A stretch of DNA of 64,000 bases from Malacoraja senta (Eukaryota). Of the stretch, positions 12,206 to 25,639 are shown in pieces. Where the stretch lies: the NCBI GenBank assembly GCA_038087875.1, contig CM075998.1:2606001-2670000 (forward strand), written 5' to 3'. Below the pieces are notes generated by a model. The model had not been told where the DNA came from. It ran no database searches and saw only the letters and a list, made by a program, of their open reading frames with translations. The position numbers were made by a program, and so were the translations under genes. Positions within the stretch are counted from its first letter, which is position 1; every line of letters starts with the position of its first letter.

Positions 12206-12268
12206 AGTGTAGTGGATGTGAAGAGTGTCCCCAAATTTCGACAGCTCAGGACATCCCTCTGGTTTCAG
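12206..12268 (-). CDS. FKBP11: FKBP11 exon 2
   Basis: CAG|CTG...ACT|GTAAGA, 63 nt. LKPEGCPELSKFGDTLHIHYT. Confidence 0.92.
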
Positions 12269-12388
12269 CTGTTTATTAAAACATACACATTTGCAAATGA
12301 AGAGACAGATATTTGTAGCCGTCAACTCGCATTGTTGTAGCGAAAGTTAAAGGTCTCGGAGAACAGCTTGTAAAAGGGATTTGCTCAC

Positions 12389-12484
12389 CAACACTTCCAC
12401 TTTAAGTTCTTGCACTTTCTCATCCTGCCTGGAAAACCCGCTCAGAGAGGCAAGGATCAAGAGAAAGAGTCCGGTTCTGCTCAT
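12389..12484 (-). CDS. FKBP11: FKBP11 exon 1 (signal peptide)
   Basis: ATG at 12484, MSRTGLFLLILASLSGFS..., donor TTG|GTGAGC. The six exons sum to 570 nt (189 aa + stop) in frame. Confidence 0.88.
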
Positions 12485-12489
12485 CCTGG

Positions 12490-12760
12490 CCAACAAATCG
12501 AGCGAGTGCAGAAAGGCAACCTGAAACACAACCAGATCCCCCCACACTAAATTAGCGTGAAATTGTGGCCGTCCACTATCCCGGCAGTCTCTGTTTTCTG
12601 GAAGCACCGCCCAATTTCATGTTAGGTATATTCCAGACCTTTGCAAGCGGCTGCCGCTTGTTGCAAGGCAATTTCTTATTCATCCATCGGTGCTATTTCT
12701 ACACTCGCTGTAACACCGTTCGTTGCAAAGAATCAGCAGACGTGGGTTTATGCCCCATTT
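12490..12760 (-). promoter_or_regulatory. Putative FKBP11 promoter
   Basis: CpG-enriched region immediately 5' of the ATG; overlapping GC/CCAAT box (CCGCCCAAT ~12607) and GACGTGG at 12739-12745. Confidence 0.5.
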
Positions 12761-13336
12761 TAAGCATATACTACAGGTTGCTGCTCCGACTTGCATTTGT
12801 GTGAGATCAAAACATAACTAATAGCAGCAGTGGACAGCTGAACTCGCTCCAGCATTCAAGAAAATCACAGCTGATCCAGTCTCTCTCCCCTTACCTCTCG
12901 TTCCCCTTGTAGCTTAAAGGTCTGTCAACCTTCACCTTGAACGTTCTCAATCATTCCGCCTCAAAGGCTGTCTGGGGAGAGTGCCATCCCCTCGGCATCT
13001 ATTCATCCCGTCTAACCCTCCAGAATCTCGCGTGTTTCAATACAAATCACCCCAAAGTCTAAACTTCAACGAGTTTTGACGCAGCTTACTCAACCGCTCT
13101 TTGTGCGCGAACCCTTTCATCCCAGTGAAACTCTCCCTGCAACGCCTCCAATGCAAGTAGGTCCAATTGCACGCTGTACTCCTGTGTGATCTTACCAAGC
13201 CTTGCAAAGTTGCATCAAAACATACCCGTTATTGTACTCCCCATCCTTTCCAATAAAGGCTAACAGACCCGTTGAGTTACTCCAGCTTTTTGTGCCTATC
13301 TTCGGTTTAACCCAGCATCTGCAGTTCCTTCCTACA

Positions 13337-14260
13337 GATGACACAAAGCTGGGTGGCAGTGTGAATTGTGAGGAGGATGTTATGAGAATGCAGGGTGACT
13401 TGGACAGGTTGGGGGGGGGGGGGGCAGATGCATGGCAGGTGAAGTTTAATGTGGATAAATGTGAGGTTATCCACTTTGGTATCAAAAACAGGAAGGCAGA
13501 TTACTATCTAAATGGCGTCAAGTTGGGAAAAGGGGAAGTACAACGGGATCTGGGGGTCTTTGTTCATCAGTCCATCAAAGTAAGCATGCAGGTAGAACAA
13601 GCAGTGAAGAAAGCGAATGGCATGTTGGTCTTTATAACAAGAGGAGTCGAGTATAGGAGCAAAGAGGTCCTTCTGCAGTTGTACAGGGCCCTAGTGAGAC
13701 CACACCTGGAGTATTGTGTGCAGTTTTGGTCCCCTAATTTGAGGAAGGCCATTCTTGCTATTGAGGGAGTGCAGCGTCGGTTTACAAGGTTAATTCCCGG
13801 GATGGCAGGACTGTCATATGCTGAGAGAATGGAGCGGCTGGGCTTGTACACTCTGGAGTTTAGACGGATGAGAGGGGATCTTATTGAAACATATAAGATT
13901 GTTAAGGGTTTGGACATGCTAGAGGCAGGAAACATGTTCCAGATGTTGGGTGAGTCCAGAACCTGGGGCCACAGTTTAAGAATAAGGGGTAAGCCATTAA
14001 GAACGGAGACGAGGAAACACTTTTTCTCACAGAGAGTGGTGAGTCTGTGGAATTCCCTGCCTCAGAGGGCGGTGGAGGCCGGTTCTCTGGGTACTTTCAA
14101 GAGAGAGCTAGATAGGGCTCTTAAAGATAGCGGAATCAGGGGATATGGGGAGAAGGCAGGAACGGGGTACTGATTGGGGATGATCAGCCATGATCACATT
14201 GAATGGCGGTGCTGGCTCGAAGGGCCGAATGGCCTACTCCTGCACCTATTGTTTATAGTC
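13337..14260 (+). mobile_element. 5'-truncated CR1 LINE (ORF2 C-terminus plus 3' UTR), young
   Basis: DDTKLGG, WQVKFNVDKCEVIHFG, LYRALVRPHLEYCVQFWSP, WNSLPQ, uninterrupted to the stop at 14173; typical tail. Confidence 0.92.
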
Positions 14261-17239
14261 TACACAACAGACCATTCATTACCACTCTACCTGCATGCAC
14301 CTTCCCAATCACATACCCTTCCTGCATGCTAAGATTTTACTCTTCATGTTCCAGATTCTTTTGCACAAGGTTTTGAAGTCACACTCCATGTAAATCATAA
14401 TTAGTTCTTCTTTCCAAAGTGGATGAGGGCAAATTTCTCCAGATGTGGAAGACGAGGTTGCAGGCTTGTAACTGGATTCCTCTCTGTCAAGTTTTAGAAC
14501 TACATCTGCTCCTGGGGACTTCTCGTTTTTCAGTTGGCACTTGGCCTGTTTGGCAAAGAAAGAATTGGTTGAAAATCCAGCAGCTGGAACAATATGATAC
14601 AGAGATAAGCTGGAATATTATCAATTGAAACAAAGGTCTGTCAGTTTCTAAAGTAATGACTTGGACAACTTTGTTCAGCATCCTCTCACAGCCATTCCTT
14701 CTGTTCTCTCCACTCCTCCCTGTATCTACAACCTCCAACATGCTTGTTTACTCATTTTTCTAGTTCCTGACCCAAAACCTTAACTCTTTCTCTCCCCGAT
14801 AAAAATTGGCAGGGCAATCATTTATCACAGCTTGTGAGAGCCTGCCATGCAGAAATCAGCTGTTATGCCTCTTTCAACACTTCAAAAATCTTTTTACAAA
14901 TAATCTTAATTCTGTGGTTGCTGATTTTTCTGGACGTGGTTATAATTTCAATTTATCTACGTTATCAAAAAAACAATAGTCTCCAAACATTTTTTGGCTC
15001 AAAACAGCCCGTTCTCTGATCATGGCTTCCCCATAAACTGCCATAACAAGCTGCTTTGTCATTAAATCAATTACTCTTGCATTGAATGCTAGTCCTCGAT
15101 TAGCTTTGCTGACAGGTTTGTGCTCACCACTTGATAGTCCAAACTGAAAGCATTTTTATGTTTTGCCTTTATTCATACATTCGAACTAATTTACACTCAT
15201 ATGCTGGAATATAAAAAATAGAAATAATCTGTCCATTATTTAGTTTAGAGCACAGGATTCATGGGTTAGGGTTAATTTGGAAAAAGCATAACTTAGAAAG
15301 GAGGAGTGTGCCAGTTCCTAAAAGGCTACTTTTAATTTCAGGTGTTAAGCATCTGACGTGGTACATAGTTGCATTGTTGTTATGTTACTGTCTAGTTATG
15401 ACTGTGATGACTGAGGGGCCTCAGTAGACCCCGCGTTTTCCTTGAATTGCCCACAGTTTTCTTTGCATCTCAAAGGAGGGTCTCTGATTGAGTGGGAGGA
15501 AGTGGATGAATGGTGTGCAGGGTTTCGCCATTGTCTGGATGAAGCATGCTTGACGGTAAATGCTGTCTGAGCTTTGATGTCAGTCAATGCTGTTGTTAGA
15601 AATTAATTCTGGAATTCAAATCAATCTAGTAAATCAGATTGGATTACACAAAAAAAAAAATCAGGGAGTGAATACCATGGTGGGTAACAACACTGCAAAC
15701 CTACCTTTAGTTCCAGTTGAAACTGATGGGATGAAAATCAATTCCTGGTGAATTTTCCTCATATCTATTCTAACCATAAGACCTCAAAGTCTTATGGTTA
15801 GAATTTTTTTTTAAACTTAAATGTACTCCATACATCCTGGATAAATGCAGCCTAAAAATTATTGTATGTCTTACGGGGAGACAAATGCTTAACTCGTTCA
15901 TTTTACATTCAACAGCTATTTTAACATATTTAAATCAAAACAGCTTGGCACCTTCATTGGAATAGCAGTTTTATTTATTCAGTCTGAGAGAGACGAGTTG
16001 TGACGTTTGCATTAGGCCATGCCTGGGTTTGGTGAGGGGTCAACTTTGGCAACATGTAGCAATGCCTGAACATCACCACAACTGGTGAAAGGGGAACGCG
16101 AGGACCCTGGCGGTGAAGATCGATCGGCTGGACGTTTACCTTGCCCTGATTCACACCCATAACCCATTTAGGAGATGTGTGGGGTTAGTCAGCACTTCCA
16201 GTGATTCACATTCCTTGTTCCAAAGGGTATCCACAGACATAAAGTTCGGATCAGGTAGTTTGGCCCATGGAGGGCGCTGCCACACGAGGGCATCTCAATG
16301 GAATAGGTTGTACAGTGGCAGGTCAGAAGAATCCAAAGGAGAGCTCCAGGAATTATACGCATGATTGCATTCTGTTGACATCCTCGGGTTTTACTCGTGA
16401 CAACTATTGCCAAATACGCACTGCCTAGTGTAGCAAGGCTAGGGCTGACAATAAGAGACTGTCAAATGTTATAAGTACTCAGTAAACATCTTTAGCAGCA
16501 CTGTCTTATATCATTTAAAGATAAATCTGTTTGTGTTTCCCACTTTCAGTATATATTCCACTGTATGGGATCAGCACCGTACGTGTAAATACAGCATGCA
16601 AATCCTCCTCACACTGTACAAAAGGTTCCTTAGAAATTTCCCTTCAAAACCAGATCATGTAAATATAAGTTTCTGCAAGAGAAAGGTACTTAAAGACGGC
16701 GCATTGTTTATGAATTTTAGATATTTTAAAAAGAAATAATATTAATGTGACTTGATTTTGTCCTTTGCTTTTAACCTCATATTTAAACCAGCCTCTTTGG
16801 TGTTCTGAATTAGCATTCTACCTCCAGTTTTAAATAAAGCAGACGAGAAAATGGGAGGATATTGGAAGCAGCTTGGAGCAAGAGCAGCGGTGCGGGGCAG
16901 AGTTGGGATTTTAACATTTGGAGGGTGAAAAGCAGACACTAATCCAGGATTACTGTCAGAGGTACAGAGGGAATGTCCCAGGAGGATTTGGGATATTAAC
17001 TAATTAAAGATGGCCAAAAGAATAGGTTAAAAGTGCAATTAAAATTGTACATTCCAGAAGAGGACAAACAAAAGGAAAAACGGGTCCCATTTAACCAAAA
17101 ATCTTGTTACTGACCTTTTATTTTCCCACAATTTCAAATAATGAGTAATAAAACTACGTACGATACGATATGTGGTTGGACCGAGGTCAATTTTAAGTGC
17201 TTTTCTTTTGCCACTCTGCCTGTAAGTTATTCCAGATAT

Positions 17240-17600
17240 AATTAGACAAAAATGCCAGTTTGAAGAAGGGTCTCGACCCGAAACGTCGACCCGAAATGTT
17301 GATATAAACGTCTGTGGAATTCTCTGCCTCAGAGGGCGGTGGAGGCCGGTTCTCTGGATGCTCTTAAAAATAGCGGAATCAGGGGATATGGGGAGAAGGC
17401 AGGAACGGGGTACTGATTGGGGATGATCAGCCATGATCACATCGAATGGCAGTGCTGGCTCGAAGGGCCAAATGGCCTGCTCCTGCACCTATTGTCTATT
17501 GTCTATTTCCTTCGCTCCATAGATGCTGCCTCACCCGCTGAGTTTCTCCAGCATTTTTGTCTACCTTCGATTTTCCAGCATCTGCAGTTCCTTCTTAAAC
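17240..17600 (+). mobile_element. Penelope-derived element interrupted by a CR1 3' end (~17310-17505)
   Basis: GAAGAAGGGTCTCGACCCGAAACGTC, then a CR1 tail ending (ATTGTCT)n, then resumes ATTTCCTTCGCTCCATAGATGC. Confidence 0.8.
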
Positions 17601-18090
17601 ATAACCAGATATAATTAGATACTTTGATAGGAGAGTTACAAGCACCAGAGGGACAGGTTTTCATCGGGTCTCCTCAATCTTCATTGAATTGCTAAGGAGT
17701 TGGTAGAGGGTGAGTGTACTTACAGTCAAGATGACTGAAGTGTTCTGATCTGCATCTGGAATCACATCAAACCCTATAGTGGAATCTCTTAGAAGGTGAA
17801 ACTTTATTTAGATTTTTTGTATTCCTGCAACACAAGTGTCACTGGCCAAGCCCCACATTTAGGCCCACCCCTAATTGCCCCTGAACAGAGTGGCTTGCTG
17901 GGCATTCTGAGAGGCACGGGAAGAGTCTACCACATGTGTCTGGGTCTGGAGTCACATACAAGGCAGACCAGGCAGGTTTCCGCCTCGAAAGGACTTTTGT
18001 GAATCAGAGGGGTTATTACTGTAACTTGGCAGGCTTATAGACACAAATACAGACTCCAGATTTAATGAACTAAAGTAATATTCTCCAGCT

Positions 18091-18253
18091 GTTTAAGAAG
18101 GAACTGCAGATGCTGGAAAATCGAAGGTAGACAAAAACGCTGGAGAAACTCAGCGGGTGCAGCAGCATCTATGGAGCGAAGGAAATAGGCAACGTTTCAG
18201 GCCGAAAATGAAGGGTTTCGGCCCGAAACGTTGCCTATTTCCTTCGCTCCATA
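18091..18253. mobile_element. Penelope-derived palindromic element (truncated by a SINE)
   Basis: Same consensus; inverted junction at ~18200-18215. Confidence 0.75.
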
Positions 18254-18254
18254 C

Positions 18255-18528
18255 ACAATAGAAACAGGCCCTTCAACCCACCGAGTCCATGCTGACCATC
18301 GTTCACCCGTTCACATTAGTTCTATGTTATTGCACTTTCCTATCTACTCCCTACACATTAGAGGTAATGTTTACAAGAGATCAATTAACCTACAAACCCG
18401 CATGTCTTTAAGATGTGGAAGGAAACCCACATGGTCACAGGGAGTACCTGCAAACCCCACACGGATAGCACCCAAGGTCAGGATTGAAGGTGGGCCTCTG
18501 GCACTGTGAGCCAGCTGCACCACTGTGC
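18255..18528 (-). mobile_element. tRNA-derived V-SINE-like element
   Basis: Reverse complement similar to 3921-4215. Confidence 0.65.
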
Positions 18529-18699
18529 CATTCTTATACCCAGCTACCTTTTTGGCACAGTTATACAGCAAATCCCCATCAAATATGACACCAACAGCAA
18601 CCTCCCATCTGGTTTATACCCTTGTTTATAATCCACAAGAGTCTCTTCCAACCCACAACATTTTCCCATATCCATCTCTTCCTTTATCTCTGAAGAAGA

Positions 18700-18800
18700 T
18701 CAGTCTGAAGAAGGGTTTCGGCCCGAAACGTTGCCTATTTCCTTTGCTCCATAGATGCTGCTGCACCCGCTGAATTACTCCAGCATTTTTGTGTGCCTTC
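18700..18800 (+). mobile_element. Penelope 3' end with intact hammerhead core
   Basis: CTGAAGA-A-GGGT(TTCG)GCCC-GAAAC-GTT at 18705-18732. Confidence 0.75.
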
Positions 18801-19587
18801 TTCCTTTATCTCATTTGTTTGTCTATTTTTCCCTTAAATTTCCCAAATTAAAAGTAATTTGAAAGGTACATGGATAGGACAGGTTTGGAAGGATAAGGGG
18901 CGAACACGGGAAGGCGCAACTCGAGTAGATGGGGCATCTTGGTCAACATGGGCAAGTTGGGCCGAAGGGCCTGTTTCTGTGCTGTATGACTAATTAAATC
19001 TCCATGCAACCACCCTTGGCCTCAACCTGTGGCCACACTGGGCCCCTCCATGGACAAAGCGGAATCATGCAGTGACAGGTCCATAGCCGAGCCTCCTATG
19101 CAATGACTTTTTAATGGCGCCCATGAATTTCATGACTAGCATCGTCCAGCTCCTCAATTCTTTCTGAGTTTGCAAACAAAATCCTGCCAGGCATAGCTGT
19201 GCCATCAGGTGGCGACATTTCCCACTGGCTGGGCAACACTGCCCACCTTCACAGCCGAGTGATATTCACTCCCTAACATAAACTGGGCTCATTTATGTAG
19301 AAAAGGAGTATACTGGAATGGAACACTGGATGGAGCTGTATTCCTTCTTAAAGGGTAGTTCAAGAGTGGTTTTAATGTAGACTTGAATTGGGTCTTTCAT
19401 TCCCTTGCAGTTCTGTATCTGTTCCTCAAAGCTGGAATGGGCCTCATTAATTATTTCCTCGTGCTGTAGATTCCAGAATGCATTATGCATAAACCTTTCT
19501 TCAACTTTCAAATCCAAGTCTTTTAATTTTAGGTCCTCTTAAAAACTGATGCAGAAAGGATCTCCTCGCCAAGTCTGGGTTACTGAC

Positions 19588-19683
19588 TTGAAGAAGGGTC
19601 TTGACCCGAAACGTCACCCATTCCTTCCATCCAGAGATGCTGCCTGTCCCTCTGAGTTACTCCAGCATTTTATGTCTATCTCC
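19588..19683 (+). mobile_element. Penelope-derived half element
   Basis: TGAAGAAGGGTCTTGACCCGAAACGTCACCC... Confidence 0.7.
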
Positions 19684-20144
19684 GCACCGAGTGTTGGTTT
19701 AACTGAATGAATTTGTTTCAATGCACAACTAGTCTCTACAGTGTCTACTGGATGTCAGCAGGTGCGGGAGACAATGTTGTTGCTAAATGGTCATTCTCTC
19801 TCTCCTCAGCCGTTGAGTTGGTATACTGATGAACAAGGAATGCAGGGATAGATGTTGCGATGGAAAGCCTTCCACTAAACATGCAAGAGGGTAGTAACTG
19901 CACATTTGTTCTTCTGAATGCTTCTTGAAGCTTTTAAAGTGTTCGATGTTTAAAGCCAAACCTTTATTCTGAACTTTTCTCTAAACTGGAATAATGGAAT
20001 CAGATCTTCGTAAACTTACACAGGACATGCTTGATGGAAACAGACCAAGTTCCATCCAGTAAATCAGCATCTGCCATTCCTTGAGTCTCCATCCAGTTCA
20101 CCTTCCACTGTCCTACAAGTCCCATCATACAAGATGCTGCGTCA

Positions 20145-20500
20145 GAGACTGAAGGCAGAAGTATATAAAATGTTGAGAGGCATAGGTAGGGCAGACAGTG
20201 CGAACCTTTTACCCAGTGTGGAACTGTGAAAGACTAGAGGACATAGCTTGAAGGTGAGAGGCGCTAAGTTTAAAGGAGGTGTGGGGCAAGAGTTTTTTTT
20301 ACACAGAGAGTGGTGCGTACCTGGAATGTGCTGGCAGCAGTGGTGGTGGAGGCAGATACAATAGTGGTATTTAAGAGGCCTTTGCATAGGCACTTGGAAA
20401 TGGAGGGATATGGATCACGTGCAAGCAGAGACTAGTTTAACGTTGCATCATGAACATTGTGTGCGAAGGACCTGTTCCTGTGCTGTGCTGCTTTGTTCTA
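20145..20500 (+). mobile_element. CR1 3' fragment (second subfamily)
   Basis: EVYKMLRGIGRADS...TRGHSLKVRG...FFTQRVVRTWN remnants. Confidence 0.7.
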
Positions 20501-20834
20501 TGTAACAATGGAGTATCACTTATTTTTCCTGATTGTTCTTTCCCTTTCAAATCCACATTGATAAAAACAAACAATGCAGTTTCTGTAATCACTTAGAAAA
20601 CCTCATCCAAATTAAATACAAAATTTCAAAATGAAACATTTCAAATTTTGCTTCCAAGTGATGAGGTAGACGGAAGGGTGGGGGTCGGGGGGAAGATGGC
20701 AGCTCAAACGAATGCTTCAACTTTTGCTGGGTGACTTCTCCTGGCTGCTCATTTTGGACCTGTCATTTTATGATCTTCTGGTGGCTCTCATTCCTGTTTG
20801 CATCATACAGATACATACACCAGGAGTCAGTCGG

Positions 20835-20952
20835 TGGGGAGAAGGCAGGAACGGGGTACTGATTGGGGATGATCAGCCATGATCACATTGAATGGCGGTG
20901 CTGGCTCGAAGGGCCGAATGGCCTCTACTCCTGCACCTATTGTCTATTGTCA
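20835..20952 (+). mobile_element. Very short CR1 3' tail
   Basis: Near-identical to 14147-14255. Confidence 0.8.
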
Positions 20953-21621
20953 CTCCCTCAAGCCTGCTGCTCCATTTCATAAGAACAATATTGATACTGT
21001 AATATTGTGAGTGTGGTCCAACCACGGATGAGATGACCATTCTATTTCTTTGCAAAGTAAACTCCAGTGATTAATGCAACAAGCATCTCTGGACCTCATT
21101 AGAACCCATACTTCCCACGAACCAAATGCCATTTTCATGCTCACATTATGGGTGTCTTTTTGTGTTTTGCTACAGTCTTTTACAATATGAACTATGCCTC
21201 CAAATTCAACCCAGAGATTTTTGAAATTGTGTTCCCAGTGCTGTTTAAGTAAATAATAGACAATAGTGGTCCCAGCACAGATCCCTAAAACCGGAATCCA
21301 CAAGTTACAGAGAAGTTGGGGAGTAATCGTTTGGCTAAGTCTTTCTCCCAGTGCCACAATTGATTCACCTTAATGATTTTGTTGAAGGCAAAATGGTTTA
21401 TATCCTTGCAGTTGCAATGCTGGATGCACTCCATGTTAACACAGAGGAAATGAAGGACGTTTTGGAAATGTGATGATAAGGAATTATACAAATGCTTCCC
21501 TATCCTTCCTCGATAAGTAACCCTGTGGTAGATACATTATCAAAGACATTTTGAGTTCCTTCCTCTACCCATCAGAATTTTTTTTTTGAGGAATTCCGGG
21601 AAATAAATGTGCGCGAATGTG

Positions 21622-22519
21622 ATTTCCACCACTGGAATGACAAAATGGAAAGAAAAACAAAGATTCAAACTACATCTGGAGCTCACAGCGGATTCATTCA
21701 CAATAAATCCAAGACGTTTCAGTGGAATGAGCGAACACTCCAGAAGGACATTTAACATTTCCAGCAAGATGCACGTTCAAAAGTCTTGGTGAAGTCAGAG
21801 GACTGGTGTGGTGGTGAGCCACACTTCTATAGCAACCAGAGAGGAATCCCAACAATTTTTCTCAAGGACAGCTGCTGTGTATTATGCCAGTCTTCTGGTC
21901 TTTTGTGCACTCCTTCCGCGATTAGAAAATGCAGTGTTTCCCCCACTCTCCCTGCTCACATGCCAATGTCAGTTGCTGCGCATTTGAAAAGACAGAATGG
22001 CTGAATCCTCTCGTGTTTTAATGTGATTACTGCCTGGGTCAATGCCGTTTCGACATGTGACGTGGAGAGGTTGCACTGGGAACAATGTGAACAGGCTGAA
22101 AGTGAGACAGACACTGAGCTGAATAGGGCCAAGCTGAGAGTGTCTCCCAACCCCTGCTCAGTCTCTCTCTCTGCTTGTATCGGGGAGGGACAGACACGAG
22201 CACCATTAGGACCCAACAGCTGATCAAGGAGATCCTCAGTGGGGCAAAAAGCTTTCCGAGCACTCCTGTCATTCATCTGCAACAATGAGCAGGATTAGTG
22301 GAGAATAGGATTAGTGGTGGCGAGAGCCCAAGAGAAAGGTTTCCGGTTTAACCGGCCCCTCTCCTCAAGGCTAGCTTTATCCTATCACCACCTCGTCCTA
22401 CTGTGCGAAAGTGCAGCAAAACCCATCCGTGCAAACTAAAGCAATAATCCCCCTCTTCAGCAGACTGGAATTAAAACAGATTTAGATTAATTACCCACCA
22501 CCATAAAGCAGAGAACATT
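21622..22519 (+). repeat. 898-bp direct duplication, copy 1
   Basis: About 8 substitutions versus 30203-31100; constant offset of 8581. Confidence 0.95.
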
Positions 22520-22947
22520 CCACCATTAGGAATTCCTCTGTTTGAATCAGCTCAGGACACGAGGAATGTGAAGAAAGAGGCAAGAATTAGAAGAACTACA
22601 AGTTCAGAGAATTCTGGATTGTGGAAAATGTCCAAGCATTGGTGGATAGGCATGAAGTGGGCAAGGAAGTGGTCCAGAGTAACACAAGCACAACTATGCC
22701 ACGTGAAGGCATTACATAATGGTTAAAGGCACAAGAGCCACAAGACCAGGGGAATGGTAATAAATAAACGTCTATTATCAGAAAATAGAGTATGGAAACA
22801 GGCACTTCGGCCCAACTCATCTATGGCTTCCAAGATGCCCATCTACGATAGTCCCATTTGCACTTGTTTGGCCCATATCCCTCTAATACCTTTCCTCTCC
22901 ATGTTGTTATGCTGTTATTATACCTCGCTCAACTACTTTAACTGGCA

Positions 22948-23068
22948 GGTAGACAAAAGTGCTGGAGAAACTCAGCGGGTGCGGCAGTGGGTATGGCGCA
23001 CTCGCTGAGTTTCTCCAGCATTTTTGTCTACCTTCGACTTTCCAGCATCTGCAGTTCCTTCTTAAATA
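22948..23068. mobile_element. Penelope-derived palindrome with the central hammerhead region deleted
   Basis: GGTAGACAAAAGTGCTGGAGAAACTCAGCG...CGCTGAGTTTCTCCAGCATTTTTGTCTACC. Confidence 0.7.
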
Positions 23069-23649
23069 CTTTAACTGGCACATCATTCCTTATACCCATC
23101 ATTCTTAGTGTGGAAAAACGTGCCCCTCAAGTCCCTTTTAAACCTTTCCCCTCTTTAAAGTGGTCACTATGGAAATTGCAAACTCAGGTCCCAGAATGGC
23201 CTATGTGGTTGGTGACCAGAGTGAAAGATTTGCCTGCCAAGAACAGTGCCTATGCCTCCATTTCATCAGATGGTGGTTCCACTAGGCTTTTGTTATCACT
23301 TGTGACCCAAGAGCAAAGGGGATCCAAGGGCATTGCCTGTATCCTGATTTAAAACTGCGCCAACTCCATACTCCGTGGGTATCACAGGCGAGCTTTAGAA
23401 AGTACCTAGGAGAATTCGCTGCGCATACTTTTCTTATAGAGGTCATACAATTTCTGCTGCTCCTTTCCCCACCACATGCTTTGCCCTTCTTCAGCAGTTG
23501 ATGTAGAGAGGCTTCATTGCGAGCCCCTTCAGGAACTTGGCATGATGTTGGACCATGTGTAGGGAAGAGTGAGGCCTGGTGACATTCTTGGGTGTTCTGG
23601 TCTTGACAATGGTCTCAAACCTTCCATGATCAATTGCAGACCACCGGTC

Positions 23650-23795
23650 CGCAATGGCCAACTCGAGCTCCTCGCTGTACGTAAGTTTAACTCTCCCTCC
23701 CATTCTGTCCTTGGCCTTCTCTATTGCTACAGATGCCAACAGCAAATTGGAAGAACATCTCCTATTCTCATATTCCATCTCGCGGGGTTTTACTA
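23650..23795 (+). mobile_element. Old Penelope GIY-YIG remnant
   Basis: FNSPSHS/VLGLL...LIFHL, similar to 36842-37089. Confidence 0.55.
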
Positions 23796-25639
23796 TGTAT
23801 GAGGCACTGGATAAATAAAAGTAGTCATTGTTGCACACAACAAGTAGTGCATCTTACATACTGTGGTCTTTTCCTGTCTCTTACTGCAGGTGTCTTCTCT
23901 ATGAATGGTCTCTCTCAGACGTGCTGCAAAGTCAATTATGAATGAATTCATTCTTAATTATTCAGAAGTTTATTCTGTCTTTGAATAAGAAACTGTTCTC
24001 AATGTTTAATTGCATATTACAATCACAGTGCCTGTTGGTAACATGCAATCAGAAAATCATCTCAACACATAGCACCATTTGTTACAGTTGACAACTCTCC
24101 TGCTTCCATAGATTGTCAAAATGTTGTGGTTCCATTAGAATGCACATACTAAAGGGAATGGTCACGAGCTTTTTATTAAACTAGAGCTAACGATTGCTGA
24201 AACTTGATTTACATTTTAGCCAAAATTTCAGAAGCTCCACATAGCAGCATCATTGTGGCTGATTTTGTTACATCCATGTTAGAGTTGGTGTCACTGATAT
24301 TGGTCAAATTGCGCCAAAAAGCATGGCAATTCCATGCCCTGACCTTTCGCGAACATTTCTATTAATATTTTGCATTTGAGCTAAACAGAACATCACAATG
24401 TTGTGTGACAAAAATAGCGTTAATCACAAGGTATCACGTGAACTTCACGTTGTCCGAGGTTATTGGCTTGCAGCATAATTGCAGCATAATTCTTCCATTG
24501 ATGTTTTAGTTTAGTTCAGAGATACATCACGGAAATAGGCCCTTCAGCCCACTGAGTCCGATCAGCGATCCCCACACAGTTATACTATCTCCGTACATAT
24601 AAGCACCCGCAGTAGCTGTAAGGCAGCAACTCTACCGCTGCGCCACCATGCCGCCACGAATTCGAAACGTTGCTCAAGTAGCAGAATTGTGAAACCTTCA
24701 CAACGAACGGAATGACCTAGGGAGTGTTGCACAGCAGAAGTATCAAGGAGCACAAGTACAGGCACCTCACGTTTTGCATGCGTTTGATTTATGCGTCTTT
24801 GATCCTTGAATACCACAGCTTGATATACGTGTTGGTATTTTGGGAATATCGCACTCAAATTTACTGCTGACAGCGTAGTCGCGTATAAGTTTAATTTACG
24901 CATTTTTTAATTGCACGCTGCTTTTCAATCATGTAACCCCCATATAAAAGGGGAGGTGTATGGACATGGCTCCCGAGAGTGGCATATAGGGCTTTTGGCA
25001 TATTGGCCTTCATTAATCAGGGAACCGAGTATGGAAGTTGAGATGTTATGCTACTGTTGTATAAGATTTTGGTGAGGCCGCATTTGGAATATTATGTTCG
25101 GTTTTGAACAATGGGAATTTGTAGTAGGGCGAGGCCAAAGTTGCTGTGGGGATAAGTTGCGGGGTCCTCTGGTCAAATGGGTTGATGGGGGAGAGTGGGA
25201 GGGTGATCATACAAACAAAGAAACAGAGTGTGTTACAAATACCAGGCCTGTGGGCATACACATACATACTAATGACGAGAGAAAAACGAATCTACTATCC
25301 CAGAGGGATAACTTAAAGCAGAAACAGGCAGTTCTGATTAAGGGAGATCCCTGAAATTGGAGAATTCAGTAGGAAACTTTTTGTTCCTCTCTTGTTTATT
25401 ATATTGTTTAGTGTACTATGTTTACATATTCTGTTGTGCTGCAGCAAGTCGGAACACTCTTGGCTCTCTCTTGTTATGCCTGGACAGACCTGGTACTATT
25501 ACTCATGCTTCTGTTCTGCCTTGTTACAGCAGTGCAAGAGGCTACACTCAGCTCAGAGTTAATGGGAGCGACATTAAGCGTAATCACGCAGTCTCCACGA
25601 AGGTGCTCCGCCGAGCAGCCCATAGGGCCCCACTGCTCT

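Noticed and set aside
13202..14173. 323-aa ORF as a host gene
   Set aside because: A CR1 ORF2 C-terminus fortuitously fused to flanking repeat sequence with a non-ATG start.
19293..20140. Minus-strand ORF MDLKVEERF...AHSSFEEQ as a host exon
   Set aside because: More likely a very old LINE (RTE-like) remnant. Too weak to list as a feature.
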